DNA of 64,000 bases from Candidatus Nanoarchaeia archaeon. Its GTDB lineage: Archaea; Nanobdellota; Nanobdellia; SCGC-AAA011-G17; JACPNG01. Where the stretch lies: the NCBI GenBank assembly GCA_028713535.1, contig JAQTOC010000002.1:9090-73089 (forward strand). Reading direction: 5' to 3'. Shown in pieces: positions 8,917 through 19,244 of this stretch (position 1 is its first letter; every line of letters begins with the position of its first letter). The translations under genes and the position numbers were made by a program. A model generated the notes under the pieces. The model saw only the letters and a list, made by a program, of their open reading frames with translations, made no database searches and was not told the origin of the DNA.

Positions 8917-10773
8917 ATGGATTTGATATTTCCCTATGAAGGAATAAGAGACATACAAAAAACCTTTATGAATGACTTACTTGGTGCTCTAAAGGAGAAT
9001 AAGAACATTCTTATCCACGCTCCTACTGGAATAGGAAAGACTGCTGCAGCACTTGCCCCAGCCTTGACATATGCCCTGAAAACAAACAAAACCCTGTTTT
9101 TCTTGACTTCAAGGCATACCCAGCATAAAATTGCTATTGAAACCCTGAAAAAAATTCAGGAAAAGAACAATCTTTCATTTAAGGTGGCAGATTTTATTGG
9201 AAAAAAATGGATGTGCCTTGTCTCAGGGGTTGAGCAGTTAACAGCTTCAGAGTTTGCAGAATACTGCAAGGAGGCAGTAAAAAAAGACAACTGCGAATAT
9301 TTTCTCAGGCTTAGAAACAAAAATCAGCTGTCTGTAGAAACTAAAAAAGTCCTTGAGTCAATAAACTGTGCAACTGAAGTTGAAAAAGTATGCAGCCTTT
9401 GCAACGAAAATGGGATATGCCCATATGAAACTACTTTATTGTTGGCAAAAGAGGCAAACGTGATTATTGCAGATTACTTTCATGTTTTAAATCCTCATAT
9501 AAGAACAAATCTTTTTGGCAAAACAGAAAAGGATCTTAAAAATTCAGTAATAATCTTTGATGAGGCCCATAACCTTCCAGCCAGGATAAGGGACTTAATG
9601 TCAAATAGCCTAAGCACATTCATAGTTGTTAATGCAGTCAAGGAAGCAAGAGACCTTGGCTACAAGGAAATTTCTGAAGACATTGAAAAGGTTAAAAATA
9701 TCTTGGAAAAGCTTGCCCAGGAAGTTCCAATTGATGTTCTTGAGTCAAAGATAAGCAAGGAATACTTCAATGAAAAATTAAAAGAAATTCTTGATGTGGA
9801 TGAATTAATTGGAAATCTTAGGTTTGTGGGAGAACAGATATTGGAATTAAAAAGAAGAAGCTTTTGTGAATCTGTTGCCAGCTTTTTAGAATCCTGGCAG
9901 GGTCCTGATTTGGGTTTTACAAGAATACTTACAAAAGGTTTTGACAAAAAGGACATTCCAGTTGTAACTCTTTACTATCATTGCCTTGATCCATCATTAT
10001 TGTTCAAGGACATATCAGAAGCATTGATTATTGGAATGTCAGGAACTTTAAGTCCATTGGAAATGTACAAAGATGTTTTAGGAATTGACACAGTTCTTAA
10101 AGAATATGAAGATCCATTCCCCCAGATTAATAGGACTAATTTGATTGTCCCTAAGACAACAACCAAATTCAGTGAAAGAAGAAGTGAAATGTACCAAAAA
10201 ATTGCTGTTTTAAGTTCTGCTGTTGTTAATGCAATCCCAGGAAACTCAATATTGTTTTTCCCAAGCTACGAGTTAAGGGACAATATCTATCAGTTTTTTA
10301 AAGAATATTCTGAAAGAACAATCTTCCTTGAAAGTCCTGGATTAAATAAGATTGAGAAAGAGGAATTAATTGAGAAATTCAAATCCTATTCAAAGTCAGG
10401 GGCAGTTATACTTGCTGTAAGCTCTGGTTCTTTGGGAGAAGGGATAGACCTGCCTGGAGATTATTTGAAAGGCGTGGTTGTTATTGGGCTGCCATTATCC
10501 AGGCCGGATTTGAAAACAAATGAATTGATTGATTACTACCAGAAACGGTTTGAAAAAGGATGGGAATACGGTTATATTTATCCTGCTATGATAAGGATAA
10601 TCCAGAATGCAGGCCGTTGCATAAGGTCAGAGACAGACAAAGGTGCAATCGTTTTCATTGATGAGCGTTATATCCAGAGTAAGTACAGGGCATGTTTCCC
10701 AAAAAACTGGCATATAAAAATAACAAATAGCCCTGTTGTTGAAATTAAAGAGTTCTTTAATGGAGTTAAATAA
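8917..10773 (+). CDS. xpd: ATP-dependent DNA helicase XPD/Rad3 family (FeS helicase)
   Basis: Walker A APTGIGKT, a four-Cys FeS insertion, DEAH-like box and C-terminal helicase motifs; 618 aa. Confidence 0.85.
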   Translation: MDLIFPYEGIRDIQKTFMNDLLGALKENKNILIHAPTGIGKTAAALAPALTYALKTNKTLFFLTSRHTQHKIAIETLKKIQEKNNLSFKVADFIGKKWMCLVSGVEQLTASEFAEYCKEAVKKDNCEYFLRLRNKNQLSVETKKVLESINCATEVEKVCSLCNENGICPYETTLLLAKEANVIIADYFHVLNPHIRTNLFGKTEKDLKNSVIIFDEAHNLPARIRDLMSNSLSTFIVVNAVKEARDLGYKEISEDIEKVKNILEKLAQEVPIDVLESKISKEYFNEKLKEILDVDELIGNLRFVGEQILELKRRSFCESVASFLESWQGPDLGFTRILTKGFDKKDIPVVTLYYHCLDPSLLFKDISEALIIGMSGTLSPLEMYKDVLGIDTVLKEYEDPFPQINRTNLIVPKTTTKFSERRSEMYQKIAVLSSAVVNAIPGNSILFFPSYELRDNIYQFFKEYSERTIFLESPGLNKIEKEELIEKFKSYSKSGAVILAVSSGSLGEGIDLPGDYLKGVVVIGLPLSRPDLKTNELIDYYQKRFEKGWEYGYIYPAMIRIIQNAGRCIRSETDKGAIVFIDERYIQSKYRACFPKNWHIKITNSPVVEIKEFFNGVK

Positions 10774-11148
10774 TTATTTTTTTCTTTCTGACTGAAATGT
10801 AGAAGCAAGGTCAATTATGTACTTGCCATCCTCTATCTTATACACCAAAGGTTTCCCTTTAAATAACTCAACTATATCCAATTCATATTTTCCAGGTTTT
10901 AAGATTCTTATTGATTCCAAATCAAGAATAACCGGCTTGTCAGTATCTTCTATGCCAATTATGTCAAGAACGTCTTTTTCTATTTGTTCCTTGTCTTCTT
11001 GTGTTAAGTTTACAGTAATTTCCTCTACTTTCTTTAATTCCTCTTCCTTGACAAAAAAGAAAAAGTGGCCGCCGCAAACACAGCCCTTTAGTATCTCTTT
11101 AGAACCATCATCGTATAATTTTCCACATCTGACACATTGGTGTGGCAT
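10774..11148 (-). CDS. Zn-ribbon protein conserved in archaea (DUF2072-like)
   Basis: N-terminal CxRCG...CVCGG zinc ribbon; first gene of a conserved three-gene archaeal arrangement. Confidence 0.5.
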   Translation of the reverse strand: MPHQCVRCGKLYDDGSKEILKGCVCGGHFFFFVKEEELKKVEEITVNLTQEDKEQIEKDVLDIIGIEDTDKPVILDLESIRILKPGKYELDIVELFKGKPLVYKIEDGKYIIDLASTFQSERKK

Positions 11149-11562
11149 TTATCGTTTCCTCTTTTTAATAATCTTGTAAGATCTTCTTCTATTTAAACCA
11201 TTTGTGGTTAATAGTTGTATCTTGTTTGGATCTCTTTTTATCTCCTTGATTACAGTTGCAGGCCCGATAACAGTCAATCCGGATTTTACTCCGGTTATTG
11301 CAGAAGCAACAGTTCTTGTAAACTTGTCTAGTGGCCTTTCTCTTTTAACATCAGGATAAACAGTGCATAATTCAATGCCCTTAAAACTCTTGCTTATTCC
11401 CTCCATTGTCCTCTGGATTAACTCGGTTTCTTCCATTGGCCTTAATCTGCCCTCGACAAGAACTATCTTATCTTCCTTGACAAGGTTGAGCAATTTATTT
11501 ACCTTGTCTCCTGAACTTAGATTTTTTATTTCTGAATGCGGGACATATTGTAAAGTCAGCAT
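11149..11562 (-). CDS. conserved archaeal protein (DUF2073-like)
   Basis: Sits between the Zn-ribbon protein and the small GTPase with 1-nt overlaps; the family is recalled, not computed. Confidence 0.4.
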   Translation of the reverse strand: MLTLQYVPHSEIKNLSSGDKVNKLLNLVKEDKIVLVEGRLRPMEETELIQRTMEGISKSFKGIELCTVYPDVKRERPLDKFTRTVASAITGVKSGLTVIGPATVIKEIKRDPNKIQLLTTNGLNRRRSYKIIKKRKR

Positions 11563-12194
11563 TATCCTATCACCTCAAATAAAGCTTCGTAAAATTCTTC
11601 CATATTTATACCTTTCTCTGCTGATAACCCAACCACTTTGTACTGGGGGAACGCGCTTTCTATGTTTTTTACTTTGGCTTTTTTTAGGTCAATCTTGTTT
11701 CCTACAACCAAGACAGGAATTTCTCTCGCAGCCAGATTTCCGATGATTGTTAAGTTTACCTGTGAATAAGGATTTAATATTGCATCAAGAACAACAACTA
11801 CGCAGTCCATGTTGTCAAGCCATTTTATTGCTTCAATAACTCCTTTTGTTGCTTCCTTTGCTCTTTTCTTTGCTTCTGATTTATTCATTTTGAATTTCAA
11901 GAAATCTTCATAGTCAATCCTTGTTGCAATTCCAGGAGTGTCAATTAAGTTAAAACTGATTGATCTTCCGCCCTTCCCTTTTATTTCGATTCTCTCCTTA
12001 ACTTGAATTTCTCTTGTTTCGTGCGGTATTTTAGAAACCTTTCCCACTTCTTCTCCAAGCCAGTCCATTGAAATTTTATTTGCTAATGTTGTCTTTCCTG
12101 CATTTGGTGGGCCGTACAATCCAAGTTTTATGTGTTTCTTCTTTTTGAATATACTAAACAAGCCTTTAAAGAAACCTTTCACCTTTTTTATCAT
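11562..12194 (-). CDS. small GTP-binding protein (archaeal 'predicted GTPase', COG2229-like)
   Basis: G1 GPPNAGKTT, G3 DTPG, G4 NKID; 210 aa. Confidence 0.6.
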   Translation of the reverse strand: MIKKVKGFFKGLFSIFKKKKHIKLGLYGPPNAGKTTLANKISMDWLGEEVGKVSKIPHETREIQVKERIEIKGKGGRSISFNLIDTPGIATRIDYEDFLKFKMNKSEAKKRAKEATKGVIEAIKWLDNMDCVVVVLDAILNPYSQVNLTIIGNLAAREIPVLVVGNKIDLKKAKVKNIESAFPQYKVVGLSAEKGINMEEFYEALFEVIG

Positions 12195-12298
12195 CTATAC
12201 AACCTTCCTTTTGATTTATTCTGGGATTTTAATTTATTAATGTTTCTATACTAAAACATAATTGTTTTAAGAATAACTCGGTTTATTTTAAATTTGTA

Positions 12299-12634
12299 TT
12301 AGTAATAATTTATCAAGGAACGGGTTGTAGAGGCCTTAAATAAATCATATCTTGGATTTATTTTTTTCATAAACTCTTGTTTGTTCCCTGCTTTACAAAA
12401 TTCATTTGCTATTGTGCTGAAAAATTGCCCATCCTCTATCTTTCTGAGATTTATTTCATCTCCAATAATCAGTTCTACTGCGTGTTTAAACTTAAGTGAG
12501 TTTAGCTGAGAAGGTTCTTCTATTCCCTCAATAATCTTTAGTGCTAATTCAAGCTGGTTTTCCTTTGACAAGTTTCCTGGAAGATTATACTCCTTTGAAT
12601 AGGATTTAATAAGATCTTGGATATATTGTTTCAT
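12299..12634 (-). CDS. hypothetical protein
   Basis: ORF only. Confidence 0.3.
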   Translation of the reverse strand: MKQYIQDLIKSYSKEYNLPGNLSKENQLELALKIIEGIEEPSQLNSLKFKHAVELIIGDEINLRKIEDGQFFSTIANEFCKAGNKQEFMKKINPRYDLFKASTTRSLINYY

Positions 12635-12688
12635 GGTTTTTTAGATTGTCCTCAGTTTATAACTATTTTTATACTCTAAGAGATAAAA

Positions 12689-12771
12689 CGCCGGGACTGG
12701 GATTTGAACCCAGATACCCTTGCGGGCCAGGCTTTCCAGGCCTGTGCAATACCAGGTTATGCGATCCCGGC
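12689..12771 (-). tRNA. tRNA-Ser (GGA), type II with long variable arm
   Basis: Acceptor GCCGGGA/UCCCGGC, discriminator G, anticodon stem CAGGC/GCCUG, loop CUGGAAA, variable arm GCCC-GCAA-GGGU, T-arm CUGGG-UUCAAAU-CCCAG. Confidence 0.8.
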
Positions 12772-12821
12772 AAATAGAGTTAAAACTAAATTGTTTTTAT
12801 TTAAAGGTTTTTATTTAAGAA

Positions 12822-13124
12822 TTAATCAAGAAGGTCAATTGTAATCTGTACACCTTCAGGAATAGGGACTCTCATTATTAATCTCAAAGCTCTTTCATCT
12901 ATTCCAAGGTCAATAAGTCTTTTATGAACCCTCATCTCAAAATGGTCAAAGCTTGCCTTTCCATCTCCGCATGGTGTTTTTCTTGTGGTTATCTTTAATT
13001 TCTTTGTTGGCAAGGGGATTGGGCCTCTCATCTTTGTCTTTTTTGCCAGCTCTTTAATAGAATTACAAATCTCATTAAGAGAACCTACATCCAGACTGGA
13101 TAACATTATTCTTGCTTTTTGCAT
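12822..13124 (-). CDS. rps10: 30S ribosomal protein S10 (uS10)
   Basis: 100-aa protein with a conserved uS10 core (RIRLKAFD-like region, PIPLPTK, FEMRVHKRLIDL). Confidence 0.9.
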   Translation of the reverse strand: MQKARIMLSSLDVGSLNEICNSIKELAKKTKMRGPIPLPTKKLKITTRKTPCGDGKASFDHFEMRVHKRLIDLGIDERALRLIMRVPIPEGVQITIDLLD

Positions 13125-13384
13125 TTTAGCTTTTTGATAAAATTTGGGTTTATAAAGGTTACCCTTATTAAATTTAAAGAGATTAAATCAAAAATGTTGC
13201 ATCTTTATAGTAACTACAAAAAGGAAGATTTATAAAGAAGAAATCGAGATAAACTAAATTAAAAAAACCCTCTGGAGGACGTATCTGCTCTATTTGATTT
13301 CTGTTTCTTATGCTAGGAACGCTCTTCTTAGAAAAGATGTGTCTGGAAAGAGTGGAAAATGTTTGTTAATGAAAGGAAAATCTG

Positions 13385-14401
13385 ATGAGAAAAATAACTT
13401 TAGTCTTTATGTTGCTTTTTGCAGCAACCGTGTTTTCAGAAGTTAAGTTTAACTTCGACAAGATGATTAACCTCAATCGTCTTGGTCATGACCCCAACAA
13501 AACCCGGTTCGTAATTGATACTGGCGATACCCGTTTTACAATTGACAACAATGAAGACAGGTCAAGTTGGTACAACTTCAAAGCATGGCTCATCAACAAT
13601 GAAGAAACCAAATTAATTGTCGTGCACTCCGGGATTTGGAAAGAAGTAAATGAAGCCTCAATTTATGAGGTAGGAATTGTTTTCAATCAAAAACTTTTTC
13701 TACCCTTCTTTGGAGATTCAAACCTCTACTCGTTTACTTTAGGTTCTTTCCAGAAAGACAACAACGCTCTTTTCTTCTCCGAATTGGCACTTTTCGGAGA
13801 GAATATCGATCTTTATTATAAGGGTTTCAGAACACGAGATCTCGAATATAAAGATCGATATTATCTGGCAATTCATAAAGGAGATTTTTATATGAGTGCC
13901 GGAAAGGGCCAAGACAAATTCCAAGGAGTAATCATAACCCCTGAACCAAAAGATTTCGGATTATGCTTTTTAATCGAGCATAATTGGGAAACAGAGGTCA
14001 CCGAAATCAGCACCACCCTTGGGCTCTCTGAGGTAAATCCTTCTGCATTGGATCTGGACTTCGCAAAGGAAGCATCGAAAGTCTTAACGATTGGTGTTCT
14101 TGAAATTTCAAGACCGATATGGAAAGGATATTTAGTTCTTGGCAGACTTTGTCAACAAACTGATATTAAATTCGGTCCTGATTTTTTCGAAATTAAGATG
14201 GAATTCGGAGGAGAAATATTTCCTAACCTTTCTTTGGGAGGCGGTTTCTTCTTCCAAACTAAAGACAAGGAAACAATCTTTTCCCCTTCTGCCTCAGGAA
14301 TGTGGAAGATTCCTCTCTCTGAGAACGTCGCTATCCATATTGAGGGTAACTGGAGAAATGGAAACGCATCCGCCCTGACAAAGATGGCAGTTTCGTTTTA
14401 A
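13385..14401 (+). CDS. secreted hypothetical protein (signal peptide), compositionally atypical
   Basis: N-terminal signal peptide MRKITLVFMLLFAATVFS; noticeably higher GC (about 40%) and different codon preferences (ttc, ctc, atc) from its neighbours. Confidence 0.5.
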   Translation: MRKITLVFMLLFAATVFSEVKFNFDKMINLNRLGHDPNKTRFVIDTGDTRFTIDNNEDRSSWYNFKAWLINNEETKLIVVHSGIWKEVNEASIYEVGIVFNQKLFLPFFGDSNLYSFTLGSFQKDNNALFFSELALFGENIDLYYKGFRTRDLEYKDRYYLAIHKGDFYMSAGKGQDKFQGVIITPEPKDFGLCFLIEHNWETEVTEISTTLGLSEVNPSALDLDFAKEASKVLTIGVLEISRPIWKGYLVLGRLCQQTDIKFGPDFFEIKMEFGGEIFPNLSLGGGFFFQTKDKETIFSPSASGMWKIPLSENVAIHIEGNWRNGNASALTKMAVSF

Positions 14402-14418
14402 ATGGATACTAAAGAGTT

Positions 14419-14449
14419 GGCCGGAGAAATTCGGCCTCTCTTTTTGTAT
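14419..14449 (+). terminator. terminator-like hairpin plus T-tract after the secreted-protein gene
   Basis: GGCCGGAG-AAAT-TCGGCC imperfect hairpin followed by tctctttttgtat. Confidence 0.3.
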
Positions 14450-14540
14450 CTAAAGTATATATAAGTATTAAGGATAAACCACAAAATAAAAACAATAATC
14501 TTGATTTACAAAAAATAAATAAGAAAAATAAGAAGTAAAT

Positions 14541-15821
14541 TTACTTCTTTACGTAATCCAAACAAATACCTGCAGCAACAGTCAATCCAGCGTCTCTGAT
14601 TGCAAATCTTGCCATGTGTGGTATGTCTCTCTGTCTTTCAATAACCAATGGCTTGTTAGGTTTTAATCTTACAATGGCTGCGTCTCCAGTTTTTATGAAA
14701 TCTGGGTTCTGCTCCAATACCTCACCTGTAGCAGCATTCAATTTTTTCTGTATTTCAATAAACTGGCAGGCAATCTGTGCTGTGTGTATGTGGAATACAG
14801 GAGTGTATCCTTTTGTGATAACAGTTGGGTGATTTAATACAACAATTTGTGCTGTAAATTCAGTTACAACCGTTGGTGGATTGTTTTCATGTCCAAGAAC
14901 ATCTCCTCTTGCAATATCCTTCTTGCCGATTCCTCTTACGCTGAATCCTATGTTGTCTCCAGGTATTGCTTCCTGAATCTGTTCGTGGTGCATTTCTATG
15001 CTTTTAACTTCTCCTTTTACACCGGTTCCTTCCCTAGCAGGTAATACTATAATCTTATCACCGACTTTCATAACTCCTGTTTCAACCTTACCAACTGGAA
15101 CTACTCCAATACCAGTTATGTTGAATACGTCCTGGATTGGAAGTCTCAATGGTAAGTTTGTTGGTTTTTCAGGCTCTTTGAACAGGTCAAGCTGCTCAAC
15201 TAGAGTTGGTCCTTTATACCAGGACATCTTGTCAGATCTCTTGACAACGTTTTCTCCTTGTAATGCACTTATAGGTATGATTGGCATATTGTCTGTCTTG
15301 AATCCTGCTGTCTTCAATAATGTGGTCAACTCAGCCTTTACCTTGTTGTATGCATCTTCTTTGAAGTCAACAGTATCCATCTTGTTTACAATAACACCCA
15401 TTTGTGCTACTCCAAGTGTTTTACATAACCATGCATGCTCCTTAGTCTGTGCCATGATCCCTTCTTTGGCAGCAACAACCAAGAATGCAATATCAGCTTG
15501 TGAAGCTCCTGTAATCATGTTTTTAATGAAGTCTTTGTGTCCAGGGGCATCAATTACAGTATACTCAAATTTACTTGTCATAAACTTTTTGTGAGACAAA
15601 TCAATTGTAACTCCCCTTTCTCTTTCTTCTTTAAGATTATCCATAACGAATGCAAATTCGAATCCTTTCTTACCTAATTCCTCAGCTTTTTCTTTGAGCT
15701 TTCTCATTGCCTGCTCATCAATGTTTCCTGAGTCATACATCAACCTACCTACAGTGGTTGATTTACCATGGTCTACGTGACCTACAAACACAATATTTAC
15801 GTGTGGTTTTTGTTTTGCCAT
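14541..15821 (-). CDS. tuf: translation elongation factor 1-alpha (aEF-1A)
   Basis: [14 protein letters not shown] and NKMD GTP-binding motifs with archaeal/eukaryotic EF-1alpha architecture; 426 aa. Confidence 0.95.
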   Translation of the reverse strand: MAKQKPHVNIVFVGHVDHGKSTTVGRLMYDSGNIDEQAMRKLKEKAEELGKKGFEFAFVMDNLKEERERGVTIDLSHKKFMTSKFEYTVIDAPGHKDFIKNMITGASQADIAFLVVAAKEGIMAQTKEHAWLCKTLGVAQMGVIVNKMDTVDFKEDAYNKVKAELTTLLKTAGFKTDNMPIIPISALQGENVVKRSDKMSWYKGPTLVEQLDLFKEPEKPTNLPLRLPIQDVFNITGIGVVPVGKVETGVMKVGDKIIVLPAREGTGVKGEVKSIEMHHEQIQEAIPGDNIGFSVRGIGKKDIARGDVLGHENNPPTVVTEFTAQIVVLNHPTVITKGYTPVFHIHTAQIACQFIEIQKKLNAATGEVLEQNPDFIKTGDAAIVRLKPNKPLVIERQRDIPHMARFAIRDAGLTVAAGICLDYVKK

Positions 15822-15977
15822 ATTGTCAAATCCTCCCTAAATCTCTAAAATTAGGATATTTTTATCTTTCAAGTGGAAAAATTATTAGTATATAAACCTT
15901 TTCTTTTTAAAACCAAAAAATATGGGCAGAAACTGGTATAATCCATATATTTATATATACTTAAAAAGTAAAAAACC

Positions 15978-16006
15978 GGCAAACTAAATTTTTGTTTTAG
16001 TTTGCC
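15978..16006 (-). terminator. hairpin (11-bp perfect stem, 7-nt loop) followed by a T-tract on the minus strand
   Basis: ggcaaactaaa-tttttgt-tttagtttgcc directly downstream of the 16018..16383 gene. Confidence 0.35.
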
Positions 16007-16017
16007 ATAAATGTGGA

Positions 16018-16383
16018 CTAAACCGTTTCTCCAATTCTTTTCAGTTGCTCTATCCGTGCTGCTATTCTCTTTTGTTTCCAAATACTAAGTTTGTAGTGTT
16101 CTAACAGCGCTTGGAGTATGTCCAGCTCGAGTCCAAAAAACTCAGAGCAGAGTACTCTCGTCTTTTCTATAAGATCTGGGAGGAGCATATTATCAAGGTC
16201 ATCGTTGCTAAGAGAATTGCTGGAATTTCTTTCCTTTATAAGGTTGTAAACAAGAGAGTTTTCCCAATCCTTAAAGTCCTTTACTCTCAACTTTCTTAAT
16301 TTTCTACCTAACTTTAAATGATAAATGTGAAATTTTTTACGCATAAGAAAATCCTTTCTCCGGCTTTGCCGGTGTATCCTCAA
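16018..16383 (-). CDS. hypothetical protein inserted between EF-2 and EF-1alpha
   Basis: ORF with a basic N-terminus and an acidic, Leu-rich C-terminus; no recognisable motif. Confidence 0.35.
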   Translation of the reverse strand: MRIHRQSRRKDFLMRKKFHIYHLKLGRKLRKLRVKDFKDWENSLVYNLIKERNSSNSLSNDDLDNMLLPDLIEKTRVLCSEFFGLELDILQALLEHYKLSIWKQKRIAARIEQLKRIGETV

Positions 16384-16468
16384 AAGAGAACACAGTTAGA
16401 ATTATAATAAAAATTTAGTACATTAAACGTTAAATTAACAAAAAGAAAATAAAGGTTATTTAAAAGTT

Positions 16469-18640
16469 TTATTGATTTTCAGTCAAGCCCTTCCTGTTTC
16501 TGATGCTGGCTATTACCTTGTTTTGTAATGTCTCTGGAAGTTTCTCAAATACCTGGTCTACGACAAAGTAAACTCCTCTTCCACCAGTGGCAGACCTTAA
16601 GTCAGAACTTAACCCAAACATTTCAGCTACTGGTAATTTTGCTTTGACAGTCATTGTAACTCCTTCCTGTTTCATGTCAATTAACTGTCCCCTTTTGTTT
16701 TGTATTAATTTGGAAACCTCTCCCATATACTCAGAAGGCGCATCTATTTGTAATACCTGCAATGGCTCGAATATTACTGGCTTGGCCATGTTTATGGCCT
16801 CTCTTAATCCGTCTCTTACAGCAGGCAATACCTGTGCTGGGCCCCTGTGAATAGCATCTTCGTGTAATTTTAAGTCCATAATTCTGACTAACATTTTCAT
16901 TCCAGGCTCTCTTGCTAGGACACACATATCCATAACCTGCTCAAAACCATCGATTATTAATTCTATAACTTCTCCAATATGGACAATACCCCTTGTGTTG
17001 TCCACAATCATGTTTCCATGGTAAACATCTCTTATTGATTTTGCATCCTTCATTGGAATTCCAAGTGTTTCTAGTTTCTTGAAAGTCTCCATGTCAGATT
17101 TCTTTAATCTTCCCTCTGGAATTTCTCCTGCTTTTATTGCCTGATACAAGTTGTCTTCCAAAGGCTCGATTGTGAAATAAAATTTGTTGTGTTTGTTTGG
17201 TGATTTTCCTTCAGCTTCTGGGGATTTTGTTTGTATTGTTTCCCTGTAAACTACAATTGGAGGTGAAGTTTTAACCTGCAACCCTTTTTCAGTTTTGATT
17301 CTGTTTTCAATGACTTCTAAATGTAGCTCACCCATTCCGGAAATTAGATTTTCCCCTGTTTCATCATTAATCTCAATTTTAATTGTTGGGTCTTCCTTGT
17401 TAACCTGCTTTAATACCTCAACAAGTTTTGCTAAGTCACCAGAGCTTACTGGCTCAATTGATTTTGTGATTACAGGATCAAATATGTGTTTAATGGCCTC
17501 GAATGGTTCCATTGGCTTGCTCGAAATTGTTTCTCCTGAGAATGTATTTTTTAATCCAACCAAGCCAATTATGTTTCCAGCAGGGCTGTCTTCTACCTGG
17601 ATTCTCTGTGCTCCTTTGTAAATATTAACTTGCTGGACTCTGACCTCTCTTTTTGCACCATTCATGTAAAGAATGTCTCCCTGTTTTACAGTCCCAGAAA
17701 ATAACCTTCCGCAAGCAACTTCTCCTGCATGCTTGTCAATTACTATTTTAGTTACGATAAATGCAACAATCCCGTTGGGATCGCAGTGTGTTAATGATTT
17801 TCCTTCTTCGCTTTCAGGATCGCCGTGCCATATTCTTGGAATCCTGTACTTTTGTGCCTCCAAGGGATTTGGATGATGTTTAATTACCATTCCCAAAACA
17901 ACTTCGTGCAATGGAGCTTTTTTTGATAATTTTTTATATTCTTCTTCTCCAGCTTCATAAGCAGAAATCACATCCTTGAAGCTGATATTTTTGTCTTTCA
18001 TGTAAGGAAAGCTCAATGCCCACTTGTGGAAAGCAGATCCAAAAGCAACAGCTCCTGCCTGAACATTTGCTATCCATTTTTCTTTGAATTCATCCGGAGC
18101 AACGCTCTGAATATATTTGTTAACATCAGTTATAATCTTCATGAATCTTTCAGACATTTGTTCAGGGGTTAATTTAACTTCCTTGATCAATCTGTCAACC
18201 TTGTTGATGAATAAAACAGGTTTTACCCTTTCTCTCAATGCCTGTTTTAATACAGTTTCTGTCTGGGGCATCATTCCTTCAACAGCGTCTACTAAGACAA
18301 TGGCACCATCAACAGCTCTCATTGCTCTTGTAACGTCCCCCCCAAAGTCAACGTGTCCAGGAGTATCAATTAAGTTGATCAGGTAGTCTTCACCCTTAAC
18401 ATGATGAATCATTGAAACAGAAGCAGCGTCGATTGTAATTCCTCTTTCCTGCTCGTCAGCGTGGAAATCCAAAGCTAGCTGTCTTCCTGCCAATTCTTCA
18501 GACATCATTCCAGCTCCAGCTAGCAAGTTGTCTGAAAATGTTGTTTTTCCATGATCGATATGAGCGCAAATAGCAATGTTTCTGATTTTTTCTGGTTTTC
18601 TTGAAAGTTCCCTTACCTTATCGATCATCTTGTCAGCCAT
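16469..18640 (-). CDS. fusA: translation elongation factor 2 (aEF-2)
   Basis: AHIDHGKTT, DTPGHVDF and NKVD motifs; 723 aa. Confidence 0.95.
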   Translation of the reverse strand: MADKMIDKVRELSRKPEKIRNIAICAHIDHGKTTFSDNLLAGAGMMSEELAGRQLALDFHADEQERGITIDAASVSMIHHVKGEDYLINLIDTPGHVDFGGDVTRAMRAVDGAIVLVDAVEGMMPQTETVLKQALRERVKPVLFINKVDRLIKEVKLTPEQMSERFMKIITDVNKYIQSVAPDEFKEKWIANVQAGAVAFGSAFHKWALSFPYMKDKNISFKDVISAYEAGEEEYKKLSKKAPLHEVVLGMVIKHHPNPLEAQKYRIPRIWHGDPESEEGKSLTHCDPNGIVAFIVTKIVIDKHAGEVACGRLFSGTVKQGDILYMNGAKREVRVQQVNIYKGAQRIQVEDSPAGNIIGLVGLKNTFSGETISSKPMEPFEAIKHIFDPVITKSIEPVSSGDLAKLVEVLKQVNKEDPTIKIEINDETGENLISGMGELHLEVIENRIKTEKGLQVKTSPPIVVYRETIQTKSPEAEGKSPNKHNKFYFTIEPLEDNLYQAIKAGEIPEGRLKKSDMETFKKLETLGIPMKDAKSIRDVYHGNMIVDNTRGIVHIGEVIELIIDGFEQVMDMCVLAREPGMKMLVRIMDLKLHEDAIHRGPAQVLPAVRDGLREAINMAKPVIFEPLQVLQIDAPSEYMGEVSKLIQNKRGQLIDMKQEGVTMTVKAKLPVAEMFGLSSDLRSATGGRGVYFVVDQVFEKLPETLQNKVIASIRNRKGLTENQ

Positions 18641-18749
18641 ATGAATTACTCCTTAAATTAGTTATTTGATAAGAGGTTTGGTTTTTATTTATTTTATAAA
18701 TGTTTTGGTTTATAGAAAAAGATATAAAGTGTTATTTTTTTAGGATAAG

Positions 18750-19244
18750 ATGGAATATAAAAATCTCTTTTCATTTAATATTAAATGGAGTTATAAAACC
18801 GTAAGTTTGTTGTTATTTTTAATTTTTCTTCCAAACCTGCTTGGTTTGATTAATATTCCAACAGTTTTCGGATTTAAAATTCATTTTTTTCAGCTAGCTA
18901 TCTTTATTGCCGCTTTGCTTTACGGTCCTAAGGCAGGTCTACTCTCAGGATTGATTGGATCTCTAAATTCAGCTATAGTTATGAATAACCCATATATTAT
19001 TGTAGGAAATGCAATTCTGGGATTTTTCTTTGGCTTGTTCTTAAGAAAAGGATTAAAAACAATATATGCAGTACTTTTAGCTTTTCTAATTCAAATCCCC
19101 TGGCTGGTTTTAACAGATTATTTTTTGCTCGGATTGTCTGTTTCATTTATCCTTACTCTATTAATAGCCTTGTTAATCTCAAACATTGTCTGGGCAGTAA
19201 TAGTAAATTATTCTAAAAAGCCACTGATGGGCATGGTAGAATGA
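18750..19244 (+). CDS. integral membrane protein, possibly an ECF-transporter S-component
   Basis: Five or six predicted TM helices in 164 aa; the assignment rests on size and topology only. Confidence 0.3.
   Translation: MEYKNLFSFNIKWSYKTVSLLLFLIFLPNLLGLINIPTVFGFKIHFFQLAIFIAALLYGPKAGLLSGLIGSLNSAIVMNNPYIIVGNAILGFFFGLFLRKGLKTIYAVLLAFLIQIPWLVLTDYFLLGLSVSFILTLLIALLISNIVWAVIVNYSKKPLMGMVE

Noticed and set aside
14614-15594. Several plus-strand ORFs inside tuf, and similar ORFs inside fusA, dnaK, ftsZ, relA, secD and the ligase gene
   Set aside because: They are antisense shadow ORFs within strongly supported conserved genes, with biased low-complexity composition (for example the Ser/Phe-rich 23274..23909).
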